Part shown: positions 30,290 through 39,967 of the stretch, piece by piece
Position numbering within the stretch: position 1 is the first letter of the stretch
How the letters are laid out: the number at the start of each line of letters is the position of its first letter
Assembly: GCA_963695555.1 (NCBI GenBank)
Contig: CAVOGR010000007.1
Coordinates: 96,001 to 160,000, forward strand
Length of the DNA: 64,000 nucleotides
Direction of reading: 5' to 3'
Origin: an uncultured Gemmatimonadales bacterium
Lineage (GTDB): Bacteria > Gemmatimonadota > Gemmatimonadetes > Gemmatimonadales > GWC2-71-9
The notes under the pieces: generated by a model
The model's input: only the letters and a program-made list of their open reading frames with translations
Database searches by the model: none
Told to the model about the DNA's origin: nothing
Program-made: the position numbers and the translations under genes

Positions 30290-31243
30290 ATGCAAGCACT
30301 CTGGCTCGACAAGCAGCACCTGACCCTTCGGGATGATATCCCCCGGCCCAAGCCACCCAGGGGCGAGGCGCTAGTCCGGGTGCTCCGGGCCGGCATCTGC
30401 AACACCGATCTGGAATTGGTGCGGGGCTACTACCCTTACAAGGGCATTCTGGGACACGAGTTTGTGGGTTTGGTCGAAGCGGGCCCAGAGGAGTTAGTCG
30501 GCAGTAGGGTGGTAGGGGAGATCAATGCCGTGTGTCACCAATGCCGCGCGTGCCGCGAGGGCCGCCCGACCCATTGCGCGCACCGCACGGTCTTAGGGAT
30601 AGTGAATCGAGACGGCGCCTTCGCCGATTATCTCACGCTCCCAATTGAAAATCTGCACCCGGTGCCCGACCAGGTCTCGACCGATGCTGCGATCTTCACC
30701 GAGCCGCTCGCGGCGGCGCTCGAGATCCAAGAGCAGATCGCCGTTACCACCGACGACCATGTGCTGGTAGTGGGCGACGGGAAGCTGGGTCAGCTGATCG
30801 CGCAGACGCTGGCGCTCACCGGCTGCGAGCTCCTAGTGGTGGGCCGGCACCCGGACAAGCTCGACCGCTTGGAACAGCGCGGCATCCGGACCGGCCTGAC
30901 CGATCGGGTGGAGCCCGGCCGCCACGATATCGCGGTCGAGTGCACCGGCAACCCGGACGGTTTCACCCTGGCCCAGCAGGCGCTCCGGCCCCGCGGTACG
31001 CTGGTCATGAAGAGCACCTATGCTGGGCAGCTGACCTTCGATGCCTCGGCGGTCGTGGTCAATGAGATCACGCTGGTGGGATCGCGCTGCGGGCCGTTCC
31101 CTCCAGCGCTCAGACTCTTGGCCGAACACCGTGTGGACGTCCTTCCACTCATCGAAGCGCGCTACCCATTGAGCGAAGGGCTCGCCGCGATGGAGCACGC
31201 CGCCCGGAAGGGGACGATGAAGGTGGTGCTGACGATGGAGTGA
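30290..31243 (+). CDS. Zinc-dependent (MDR) alcohol dehydrogenase
   Basis: 'GICNTD', 'GHEFVG', 'CHQCRAC...HC', 'EPLAAA', 'GDGKLG', 'GSRCGPF'. Confidence 0.92.
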   Translation: MQALWLDKQHLTLRDDIPRPKPPRGEALVRVLRAGICNTDLELVRGYYPYKGILGHEFVGLVEAGPEELVGSRVVGEINAVCHQCRACREGRPTHCAHRTVLGIVNRDGAFADYLTLPIENLHPVPDQVSTDAAIFTEPLAAALEIQEQIAVTTDDHVLVVGDGKLGQLIAQTLALTGCELLVVGRHPDKLDRLEQRGIRTGLTDRVEPGRHDIAVECTGNPDGFTLAQQALRPRGTLVMKSTYAGQLTFDASAVVVNEITLVGSRCGPFPPALRLLAEHRVDVLPLIEARYPLSEGLAAMEHAARKGTMKVVLTME

Positions 31244-31315
31244 TGGTGAGCTAGTTGCCAGTCTCTGGTCGCTAGTCTCTAGTCTCGGTTCTCCTTACTC
31301 CACTACCCTCGAAGC

Positions 31316-31433
31316 TGTCATCCCGAGCGAAGCGAGGGATCTCCTCAACGGTTCCCCGAACGCGGCCCGCCATGCGGCTCCCCGACCATGCGTTAATGAG
31401 ATCCCTCGGGCACTTCGTGCCCTCGGGATGACA
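31316..31433. repeat. REP-like palindromic element
   Basis: TGTCATCCCGAGCGAAGCGAGGGATCTC (31316-31343) and GAGATCCCTCG..CTCGGGATGACA (31398-31433) form inverted arms between convergent genes. Confidence 0.8.
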
Positions 31434-31451
31434 ATTGGAGGAATGATCGAC

Positions 31452-31486
31452 CTCCTCACTCCTCACTCCTCACTCCTTACTCCTCA
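31452..31486. repeat. Heptamer tandem repeat (CTCCTCA)x5
   Basis: Four exact units plus one CTCCTTA variant, which supplies the TAA stop (31477-31479) of the minus-strand gene. Confidence 0.9.
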
Positions 31487-32187
31487 CTTCCCTCCAGTTC
31501 CCCGCACAGGGCGGCCAGCACCGCTCGCCGCACTTCCCGGCCGCGAGCGCCACGCCCCTTCATGTGCTTCTGATTCACCTCCACCTCGATCCCGAGATAA
31601 GCCGACGGGGAAAACCGGGTTCGTAGGTACTTCGTGAGGCCGTCGGTGTTGCCCCGGTAGGGATAATTCCGGCGCACGACGATCCGGGAACTCATGCCGC
31701 CGATCACCTGCTGGATGGCTTTACAGAACGATACTTCGAGCCGGCGTGCGGGATCGTATAGGAGGCCGACGTCCGCCGTGCGGGTGACACCGTGAGGACG
31801 AGGGGTGAAGCTATGCACGCTCAGGTGCACCACCCGTCGACCGTGGCCGGCCAGTCGCGCGATGCGGCCCTCGAGTTCGGTGCGGAAGGGGACGTAGTAC
31901 CGCTCGAGCACCAGGGCGCGCTCATCGGGCGTGAGACAGCGGGAGAACTCGGAGAACAGGCGCGGGTGGTGCGGTGAGCGGTTGAGCTCGACCAACAGTC
32001 GGGTCGTACGGGAGGCCACGAGCGGGGCATGGAGCCGCCGGGCAAGTTCCGCCGCGAGATCGAGCGCGCCCGGATCATATCCGCGATGGCTGGACAGGAC
32101 CCGCTCGGCGGACGCGAACAGTGCGGCATAGCGCCGTGGAACGGTGTTGCCGCCGTGCTCGCACGACACCACCACGGCGCTAGGCAT
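31477..32187 (-). CDS. N-formylglutamate amidohydrolase family protein
   Basis: 'SCEHGGN', 'SHRGYDPGA', 'RLLVELNRS', 'HLSVHSFTP', 'NYPYRG', 'GIEVEVNQ'; ATG overlaps the upstream stop. Confidence 0.88.
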   Translation of the reverse strand: MPSAVVVSCEHGGNTVPRRYAALFASAERVLSSHRGYDPGALDLAAELARRLHAPLVASRTTRLLVELNRSPHHPRLFSEFSRCLTPDERALVLERYYVPFRTELEGRIARLAGHGRRVVHLSVHSFTPRPHGVTRTADVGLLYDPARRLEVSFCKAIQQVIGGMSSRIVVRRNYPYRGNTDGLTKYLRTRFSPSAYLGIEVEVNQKHMKGRGARGREVRRAVLAALCGELEGSEE

Positions 32188-33424
32188 GTGGCCTGAGCTG
32201 CCTCCCCTCGGAAAGACACGCCGCCAACTCCCGGTAGAGCAATACCATCCCGTCGCGAGACGGTCTGGTGCCCAGCCGGGCCAGCATGCGACGGGCAAGG
32301 CATCCGTCGCGCCCGATGACCTCGAGCGACCCATGTAACTCGGGCGGGATGGTATCGTTGGCGCAGTATCGCTCCGCCAGCACTCGCCACACTTGCCCGA
32401 CTGTACGGCTCGGCGCGCCGCCACATCCCAGCAGGGTCAGGTAGTCGTCGTCCGGAACCGGTGCCGCGCCAGCCTGGTGGATGGTCGACTCCAGGAGCGC
32501 CCGCAACGCGGCACCCGGATAATCACGCTGCTCCGTCCACCGGCTGGCCTCCTCCGTGGCAAGCGTCTCGACCACCGCCGATACGAGTGCCGCGATGGCC
32601 ACGTCGGCCTGGGGACATTCCTGCATGTCGATCACCCGGATCTCGACCGTGCCTCGGTCGAACCGGGCGATGGCACCCCGAGCGTTGACCCACTCGTCCC
32701 GCAAGATCCCTTCGGGATCGAGCGGCGCCAAGTCGCGGTAGATGGGTTCCAGGATGCGTTCATGGTATTCCGCTTCCGATTCGACCGGTTCGGGAATCAC
32801 TGCGCCGGCAATGGACGGAATCCGGGCGGCATTCGACTGATAGACCGCGAGCCGGGTGTCGAGCGAGCCGCTGACCGCGCCGTCCGCGATGGGCGTGCTC
32901 GCGGCGAGGGCGGGAATGATGGGCAGCACCAGTCGAATAGCCGAGTGCAGCCTGGCAAACTCAGCATCATCGGAAAACGGCAGGTTGACGTGAACGCTTT
33001 GGAGATTGGCCCACCCGTGGCGGGCGCAATCGAACAGGCGATCGAATGCGGCGTACACCTCGTGGAATTCGTGGGGCCACATACGGAACTCCTGCCGGGG
33101 GTCCATCCAGGGATGGGTGCCCGTCGGAAGGAGCCGTGAGCGCCACGGCTCGAGCCGTTCGTTGATGTAGACGACTTCGCCCTGGAATTGATCCGCGAGC
33201 CCAGCGAGCGTGTCGACCGGCCCATTGGTCTTGAGCTCGATCAGATGGAGCGCCAGCTCGTTGGACCAGCCCATGTTGCCGCGCTCGACATCGCACACGA
33301 TGGCACCGGCCTCGGCTTCGAGCAGCCGGTCGGCAATGGGACGCACGGCGAGAGACTCGGCATCGACAATCATGTACTCGAGCTCGATCCCGATTGCCTC
33401 GAACAGGCCGAGACGGGCGGTCAT
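32180..33424 (-). CDS. Glutamate-cysteine ligase family 2 (GCS2 / carboxylate-amine ligase)
   Basis: ATG 33424 in ATGA overlap; 'GIELEYMIVD', 'SNELALHLIELKT', 'HGWANLQSVHVNLPF', 'NARGAIARFDRGTVEIRVID'. Confidence 0.88.
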   Translation of the reverse strand: MTARLGLFEAIGIELEYMIVDAESLAVRPIADRLLEAEAGAIVCDVERGNMGWSNELALHLIELKTNGPVDTLAGLADQFQGEVVYINERLEPWRSRLLPTGTHPWMDPRQEFRMWPHEFHEVYAAFDRLFDCARHGWANLQSVHVNLPFSDDAEFARLHSAIRLVLPIIPALAASTPIADGAVSGSLDTRLAVYQSNAARIPSIAGAVIPEPVESEAEYHERILEPIYRDLAPLDPEGILRDEWVNARGAIARFDRGTVEIRVIDMQECPQADVAIAALVSAVVETLATEEASRWTEQRDYPGAALRALLESTIHQAGAAPVPDDDYLTLLGCGGAPSRTVGQVWRVLAERYCANDTIPPELHGSLEVIGRDGCLARRMLARLGTRPSRDGMVLLYRELAACLSEGRQLRPHA

Positions 33425-34897
33425 AACGTGGCCGGGGCCACGCCTCGTTCGTCGAGCTTGGTCCGGAAGTACTGCATGATGGCCAGGTACAGCTGGTCCC
33501 CCAGGATGATGTCCTCGTACCCGGCGTCGATGGAGGGGTTGTCGTTGATCTCGATGATCCGGAACTTCCCGTCGATCTCCTTCACGTCCACTCCGTAGAG
33601 TCCGTCGCCAACCAACGAGGCGGCCTTGACGCCCAACTCGACGGCGCGCGCCGGCGCGTCCTCGAGCGCGACCGCCTCGACCTCGCCCATACCGGCGCCG
33701 ACCGGTGCGCCCACTGATGATCTGCCAATGGCCCCGTGCCATGTGGTATTTGCAGACATAGAGCGCTTCGCGATTCAAGACGCCAATCCGCCAGTCGAAC
33801 CCGGTCGGCAGCCATTCCTGCACGATGGCCAGGTCGGACTGCTCGAACACCTGCTTCAGACACTCCACGAATTGATCGTGTCCCTGCTCGATCTTGATGA
33901 CCCCCTGCGAGAACGAGCTGTCCGGCAGCTTCACGACGCAGGGGAACCCGATGGCGGCGGCCACCTGCTCGACATTGTCCTCATGAACCACCATGGTCTT
34001 CGGACACGGCAGCTCATAGCGGTCGAACAACTCCGCCTGGTACACCTTGTTGGAGCACCGGATGATCGACTCGGGGTCATCCACGACGATCAGCCCCTCG
34101 GTCGCGGCACGCTGGGCAAACCGGAAGGTGTGGTGGTTGACCGACGTCACTTCCCGAATGAACAGGGCGTCGAATTCCGCAATGCGGCCGTAGTCCTCGG
34201 GACCGATGACGCTCGCCGCGATTCCTACTTCCTGGGCCGCCGTGATGAATTTCTTGATCGAACGCTCCCAGGACGGTGCGTTTTCATCGAGGGGGTTCCA
34301 GAGAATCGCGAGATCGTAGCGGGCAACCTGGGGCTTCGCTCGGCGCGCGTGTTTCGGCTTGGCGAAGTACCGCCCCGCCTCGGCCTCCACGAAATCCTGG
34401 TGGGCTTCGGGGATTTCGCTGGTCGCGATGGGGCGGAGGCCCTGCAACTTCCAGCGCGCGTCCTCCAGGACAAAGCTGGCGCGGAGCAACGGCGCGGGAA
34501 ACTGATTGAAGAGCGCACGGCTCAGCCGATCGTAGCGCTTCGCAAGGTTGCGCCCGAAGTAGATGCTCAACTCGAACGATTCGGACTTGAGCGGCGCCAG
34601 GTTCCGTTGGATCAGATCGTCCAGATCCTCTCCCACGATGCGCAAGATGGGCGAGAGCTGGAGCGCCTGGATGGTGGCCACCGAGGGCATGGGCTTGTGC
34701 CCCCGAGCGGCGGCCAGCAGCGAGACGTAGTAGCCGAGTCCTTGATAGCCGTACCGGCGGCAGAGGTTGTACACCGTGGTTCGGCGCAGTTCGGCGTAGC
34801 GCGGATCGGTTAGATAGGCGCGAGCCGAGACGACCTCCACGTCGGGAATCGTGAAGTGCCACCGCTTGGTGTTCTCGATGACGATGAGGGGCTTCAT
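33421..34897 (-). CDS. RimK-like ATP-grasp ligase with N-terminal RLAN domain (frameshift near 33690)
   Basis: RLAN 'VYNLCRRYGYQGLGYYVSLLAAARGH'; ATP-grasp 'CSNKVY', 'VKLPDSSFSQGV', 'DWRIGVL'; C-terminus 'GLYGVDVKE...IEINDNPSID' in ORF 33421-33759. Confidence 0.88.
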
Positions 34898-35619
34898 ACC
34901 TGGTTGGGAGAGGGCTCGATGACGAGCAGGTTGGCATCGTAGGTCAGTGCGCCGAGCAGGACCGCACCGAGCAGTCGTTGGATGCCGACGGGGTAATAGT
35001 GCGTACCGAACCGTGGGTTGTCCTGCAATGGGTCTGCGACCAACGCCTCATCGGAATCCAGATCGTACCCGTAGAGCACCACGAAGTGCCCGGCGGGTGC
35101 TCCCCGAATATCGTCGTAGTGGATCTTGATCTCGCCTCGCTCGCGGGCGCAGCCGAACAGGTACGTGGCGCTGAGCCCCGTCAGCACCGGATGACCCCGG
35201 TTCAGGTACCGTCGGATCAGATCGGGGTTCAGTTCCTCGAATCGGATTCGCCCGCCCAACTCGAGGAACCGCAGGTAGGCCTTGGTCGCAAAGCGGAGCT
35301 TGGTCGTGCGCTTGGCCTTGGCCTGCGCTTTCAGCCGGTCAGTCAGATCGACCCCACCGTCGACAAACCAGCTCGGGTCGAACACGGTGAGGTTGTAGGT
35401 GAAAATGGTTGCCTGGTAACCGCGCTCGAGCGCGTGGTGCGCCAAGAGCACCGATAGGGTCCCCCCGCCCTTCAGCGGCTTGACCTCGTCGATCACCTGA
35501 CGCAGCGGCAGGTGATCGCCGTAATACCGATAGACCGCGTGCAGGCAGGTCGGACCACAGGTGATGTCGTCCGGCTGCGGCAGGATTTCGAGCGTGAGCT
35601 TGGGGCTGCTAGGGTCCAT
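34894..35619 (-). CDS. Peptidase C39-like (papain-fold) protein
   Basis: 'QPDDITCGPTCL' (Gln/Cys), 'GHFVVLYGYD' (His), 'VADP' (Asp); ATGA-coupled to the RimK-like gene. Confidence 0.85.
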   Translation of the reverse strand: MDPSSPKLTLEILPQPDDITCGPTCLHAVYRYYGDHLPLRQVIDEVKPLKGGGTLSVLLAHHALERGYQATIFTYNLTVFDPSWFVDGGVDLTDRLKAQAKAKRTTKLRFATKAYLRFLELGGRIRFEELNPDLIRRYLNRGHPVLTGLSATYLFGCARERGEIKIHYDDIRGAPAGHFVVLYGYDLDSDEALVADPLQDNPRFGTHYYPVGIQRLLGAVLLGALTYDANLLVIEPSPNQV

Positions 35620-35666
35620 TGGCTATTGGCTATTGGCTATTGGCTATTGGCTATTGGCTATTGGCT
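35618..35666. repeat. Perfect heptamer tandem repeat (ATTGGCT)x7
   Basis: Seven exact units; on the minus strand the last AGCCAAT unit provides the AT of the C39-like ATG. Confidence 0.97.
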
Positions 35667-35794
35667 GGCCAAGAAGCTAGCGCAGTCGACTGCCGGCCGA
35701 TAGCTGGTAGCTGCTAGATCTTGCCGTCTTCCCGCCTCCCTGCCTACTCCCCACTCCCCACTCCTCGCTCTTCCCGCCTTCCCGCCTCGCCGTG

Positions 35795-35820
35795 TGCAAA
35801 TCTCCCCCCTAGACGCATCT
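35795..35820 (+). promoter_or_regulatory. Possible ECF-type promoter of the vWA-sigma operon
   Basis: TGCAAAT...GCATCT about 30 nt upstream of the ATG at 35851; resemblance to generic ECF -35/-10 elements only. Confidence 0.3.
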
Positions 35821-35850
35821 CCCGCGCGAACAGTCACTCAGGAGGACGAA

Positions 35851-38118
35851 ATGTACCGCCAACTGACGCTCGTTGCCGCCCTGACGGTGGGGGCCGCGAC
35901 GGCCTTGCCCGCCCAGGGGTGGGTTGAACTCGAGACCCCCCGGAGGCCCGGCATCGTCATGGGGCCGGTCGTTCGGGTGAGTTCCAACGTCCGGACCACC
36001 ATCGACGGGCGCGTCGCCCGGGTCGAGGTGGAAGAGCAATTCCGAAACACCGGTCCCCGCATCGCGGAGGGCAGTTACCTGTATCCCCTACCCAAGAACG
36101 CCGTGTTCAGCGACTTCTCGCTCTGGATGGGCGATCAGGAGATCAAAGGCGAGATCATGAATGCCGGTGAGGCGCAGCAGATCTACGAGGACATCGTGCG
36201 CCGCCTGAAGGACCCCGCCCTGCTTTCCTTGGAAGGCCACGGTCTCATTCGTGCTCGGGTTTTCCCCATCCAGACGGGCGAGACCCGGCGGGTCAAGCTG
36301 CGCTACACCCAAGTCCTGGAACGGGCCGGCGACGCCATGCGGCTGCGTTACAGCATCGGGCCGCGCCATCACGGACCCGAGCACGGTCACGGTGGAACCG
36401 AGTCATCGTTCCGCGATGACTTCAGCTATGAGGTGAGCGTTCCGAGTGCGAACGATATCGGAACGCCCTATTCGCCGACCCACCCGATCGAGACCGAACG
36501 ACGGAATGGCCGGTTGATCGTCACGTTGAGTCCCGACGCTACCGGCGACGTGGACCTCTTCATTCCACTCCGCCGCGGTCTGGTCGGCACCAGCATCCTG
36601 ACCCACGCCCCTGGCGGTGAAGACGGGTTCTTCATGCTGTTGCTCGCCCCACCGCACAACGAGGCAGGCCAAGCGGTGCCGCGCGATCTCTCGCTGGTAG
36701 TGGACATCTCGGGATCGATGTCGGGGGACAAGCTGGAACAGGCCAAGCAGGCGTTGACTCAGGCGCTGGGGACGCTCGGCCCGGCGGACCGGTTCCGGCT
36801 CGTGGCGTTCTCCTCGAGTATCCGGCATTTCCGTGACGGGTTCACCCCTGCCACGGCGGCCAATCTTGCCCAGGCGCGCCGATTCGTGGCAAATCTGACC
36901 GCAACCGGCGGCACCAATATCGCCGGGGCGCTCGACGCTGTGCTCGGCAGCGCGGTCGCCGAGGACCGGTTGCCCATCATCGTGTTCATGACCGATGGGT
37001 TACCCTCGGTCGGCGAGCGGGAACCCGATCGGATCGCCGAAGCAGCGTCTAGCCGGATCGGACGCGCGCGCATCTTCACCGTCGGCGTTGGCCACGACGT
37101 CAACACCTATCTACTCGACCGGCTCGCGGTCGAGGGGCGCGGCAGCGCCGAATACGTCGCACCCGATGCCGACGTGGAGGTCGCGGTAGGATCACTGCTC
37201 TCCAAGATTCAATTCCCGGCGCTGGTCAATCTGCGGATCGTCAGCTCGCCGGTCGAGTTCCGCCAAGACTATCCGGCCGAGCTTCCCGACTTGTTCTACG
37301 GCGAGGAACTGGTGGTGTTCGGACGGTATCATGGCCAGGCCACCGGAACCGTAGTGATCGAAGGCGAGCGGAACGGTCGTCGAGAGCGGTTCACTGCCCG
37401 GGCAGCCTTTCCACGCAGCGAGCATGACAACGACTACATCCCGCGGCTCTGGGCCGCGCGGAGAATCGGCGACCTGACTCGGACCATCCGGATCGAAGGA
37501 TCGACTCCCGAGTTGATCAACGAAGTGCGGGACCTGGGCCTTCGGTACGGCATCATCACGGAGTACACCTCCTACCTGGTGCTCGAACCGGGCATGCAAC
37601 CCGGAGTAGCCCGGGACGACATGCGCGCGAACGCGCCCATGGCTCCAGCCCTCGAAGGTGGCGCACGCCAGGCCCGGGCCCAAACCGGGAAGGACGCGTT
37701 CAAGCGAGCGGAGGCCAGTTCCGAGATGGCGAGTGCCAAGACCCTGGCCGCGGCGGACGCCGTCGCAGAAAACCGCATGCGGGCCATAGGCGGTCTGTCG
37801 GATGAGCGGGAGGGAGATGCGGTGAACGCCCGCGAGGCGCAGGTTCGCCGAGTAGCTGGCCGCCTGTTCGTGCGGCACGATGCGACGTGGACCGACGCCC
37901 GGCACAGCGACAGCCTGGGAATCATCGAGGTGGCACCCTTCAGCGATGCCTACTTTGCCCTGGCACGAGCGTTGCCGGAGATTCGACCCTACCTTTCAAT
38001 CGACGGCAGCGTGGTGATCGCCGGCCAGCGGGCCAGCATCAAGGTCACCGATTCAGGTGCCACATCCATGTCAGAGCGTCGCATCAACCAGGTGGTTCGC
38101 ATGTTTCGAGGGACATGA
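35851..38118 (+). CDS. Secreted VIT + vWA domain protein (inter-alpha-trypsin inhibitor-like)
   Basis: AGGAGG RBS; signal peptide; VIT 'EQFRN....AEGSYLYPLP..AVFSDF'; MIDAS 'DISGSM', 'GGTNI', 'MTDG'; 'IPRLWA.RRI', 'GIITEYTSYLV'. Confidence 0.9.
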   Translation: MYRQLTLVAALTVGAATALPAQGWVELETPRRPGIVMGPVVRVSSNVRTTIDGRVARVEVEEQFRNTGPRIAEGSYLYPLPKNAVFSDFSLWMGDQEIKGEIMNAGEAQQIYEDIVRRLKDPALLSLEGHGLIRARVFPIQTGETRRVKLRYTQVLERAGDAMRLRYSIGPRHHGPEHGHGGTESSFRDDFSYEVSVPSANDIGTPYSPTHPIETERRNGRLIVTLSPDATGDVDLFIPLRRGLVGTSILTHAPGGEDGFFMLLLAPPHNEAGQAVPRDLSLVVDISGSMSGDKLEQAKQALTQALGTLGPADRFRLVAFSSSIRHFRDGFTPATAANLAQARRFVANLTATGGTNIAGALDAVLGSAVAEDRLPIIVFMTDGLPSVGEREPDRIAEAASSRIGRARIFTVGVGHDVNTYLLDRLAVEGRGSAEYVAPDADVEVAVGSLLSKIQFPALVNLRIVSSPVEFRQDYPAELPDLFYGEELVVFGRYHGQATGTVVIEGERNGRRERFTARAAFPRSEHDNDYIPRLWAARRIGDLTRTIRIEGSTPELINEVRDLGLRYGIITEYTSYLVLEPGMQPGVARDDMRANAPMAPALEGGARQARAQTGKDAFKRAEASSEMASAKTLAAADAVAENRMRAIGGLSDEREGDAVNAREAQVRRVAGRLFVRHDATWTDARHSDSLGIIEVAPFSDAYFALARALPEIRPYLSIDGSVVIAGQRASIKVTDSGATSMSERRINQVVRMFRGT

Positions 38119-38615
38119 GTCTCGACATCGGTCAGCTGTACCAAGAGTACCACGGGTCCCTCGTCCGGATGCTGTACCGCCGGACGGGGGATCCGGACCG
38201 GGCGGAGGACCTGGCACAGGAGGTCTTCGCTCGGGCGGTGCAGACTCCGCCCAGGAATCCGCGACCGTGGCTGTTTGCAGTCGCGCTCAACCTGGTGCGG
38301 GAGGACGGACGCAAGGCGGTGCGACAAGGCCGTCGACTCGAACTCTACCGGGCGGAGACGGCTCGTTCCGCACCGGCGCCGGACACGGAGGTGGAACGGG
38401 ACGAGCAAATCGCTGAAGTCCGTGCCGCGCTCGATGTGCTGACCGAGCGCGATCGCGAGGCGCTGCTGCTCAAGGCGGAAGGGTTCAACTACGAAGAGAT
38501 CGCCGCGACGCTAGGGCTGGCAAAGGGAGCCGTGGGAACAACACTCGCACGGGCCCGCCGCCGATTGGTCGAGGCGTATCACGGTGAAGGACGGAAAGAC
38601 AATGCCGCACCCTGA
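38115..38615 (+). CDS. ECF sigma-70 factor
   Basis: ATGA coupling to the vWA gene; 'AEDLAQEVF', 'PWLFAVALN', 'GFNYEEIAATLG...GAVGTTLARARRRL'. Confidence 0.92.
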   Translation: MSLDIGQLYQEYHGSLVRMLYRRTGDPDRAEDLAQEVFARAVQTPPRNPRPWLFAVALNLVREDGRKAVRQGRRLELYRAETARSAPAPDTEVERDEQIAEVRAALDVLTERDREALLLKAEGFNYEEIAATLGLAKGAVGTTLARARRRLVEAYHGEGRKDNAAP

Positions 38616-39885
38616 AGAAGGAATGTTCCACGCGTTGCTCGACGGGGAGTTGACTCCCGACGAGGTGCGCATCATCGAAGCCCACATGGCGTCGTGCGCT
38701 GCGTGCGCCGCGCGGCTCGAGGACGTGCGTGCCATCTTCGACGAATCCACGGCCCTGGTGGACCGGCTGGAACTACCCGAACGAAAAGCCTCGGGTTCCT
38801 CCGCGCCACCACTCGACCTGGTTCGCGCCAAGCGAGCTCGGACCATCCCGAGGCAACGGCTCCGCACCTTGGCATGGGCGGCCACAGTGGTCATCGCCGC
38901 CGGCGCAGGCTACCTGGCGAGCGATTGGCGTCACCGCGTACCCGGTCAAACACCGGCCTCGGCGATGAATGAGAGGGGCCAAGTTCCAGCCGTTTCCACT
39001 GAGCAGGCGTTGGGTGATCGAGCCGCCGACTCGCCGGGCGACGAAGCTGCGCAGCGCGTGGCCCAGGCAGACCTCCCGAGCGTTGGCGCGGCGCGGCCTC
39101 TCGAACGAGAGCAGGAGCGGGCCATGGACCGGAGAGCTGCCGCACCGGTGCCCGCCACCCCGGCGCCGGTCGATGCCGTGGTGGGCGGCGCGGCCCAAGG
39201 TGGAGCGGCTCGAGGCAACGTGAGCGGCGAGCCCGAACTCGAGTCTCCCGCAGCGCGGCGTGACCGCCTCGCCCAGGTCGCGAGGGCCGAGGAGCGCGAC
39301 GCGGGGCGCGCCGCCGATGCGCCGGCGGTCCAAGCACCCGGAGCGGATGCCGCCGCATCGCGGGCCGCTGTCTCGGGGCTGGTCGAGGACGCCCGGCGCG
39401 AGGGCGATTTTGCGAAGGCGGCCCAGGCGGCGCCGGCCGAAGGATTCCGGGCCCAGGTGACTCCGCCCCGACCCGTAACATTGGAGGACGCGGTCGACGC
39501 GTTGAACGGCGCCATCCGTCTCGTTGATGGTGCCTCGCTCACCCGCGTCGAGACGAGCGATCCGCCGGCCGTGCCCTGGGCCGAGGTCGAGGGTCCGCTG
39601 GTCAGGGTGGTCTATCGACTCGAAGGCGCGGAGGTCGTGCTCAGTCAGGTTCGGATAAATCCGGGACGCGAGGCAGTCGCGGAACGAGCCGCCGCCAAGC
39701 GTGCGCTGGACGCCGTTGGGGATGTCGGCACGGTTCCACACCTTGCTCCAGGTGATACCCTCGTTGTGGCAGAACCCGGCGGCGGGTACCGGGTGTGGTG
39801 GCTGGACGGTTCCCGCCGGATCCTGTCACTGTCGGGGCCACTCGGCCAAGATGCCCTGAAACGGATCGTCGATCGAATCCGCTAG
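38602..39885 (+). CDS. Zinc-finger (zf-HC2/ZAS) transmembrane anti-sigma factor 1
   Basis: 'H..EGMFHALLDGEL...EAHMASCAAC'; TM 'LAWAATVVIAAGAGYL'; low-complexity linker; conserved C-terminal domain; overlaps the sigma stop. Confidence 0.85.
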   Translation: MPHPEEGMFHALLDGELTPDEVRIIEAHMASCAACAARLEDVRAIFDESTALVDRLELPERKASGSSAPPLDLVRAKRARTIPRQRLRTLAWAATVVIAAGAGYLASDWRHRVPGQTPASAMNERGQVPAVSTEQALGDRAADSPGDEAAQRVAQADLPSVGAARPLEREQERAMDRRAAAPVPATPAPVDAVVGGAAQGGAARGNVSGEPELESPAARRDRLAQVARAEERDAGRAADAPAVQAPGADAAASRAAVSGLVEDARREGDFAKAAQAAPAEGFRAQVTPPRPVTLEDAVDALNGAIRLVDGASLTRVETSDPPAVPWAEVEGPLVRVVYRLEGAEVVLSQVRINPGREAVAERAAAKRALDAVGDVGTVPHLAPGDTLVVAEPGGGYRVWWLDGSRRILSLSGPLGQDALKRIVDRIR

Positions 39886-39967
39886 GCCTGTCTCGGTCCT
39901 CGCCCGGCACCGGTCCCGCGTGGTATCTTTGTAGGACCCTTTTGATTCAGGACCAGACGCGCGGACG

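Noticed and set aside
32180..34897. 905-aa apparent RimK-GCS2 fusion
   Set aside because: The ATP-grasp C-terminus lies in another frame (33421-33759) and ends in an ATGA overlap with the GCS2 start. The fusion results from one indel near 33690.
35618..35790. CRISPR array
   Set aside because: 7-bp tandem units without spacers, and no cas genes.
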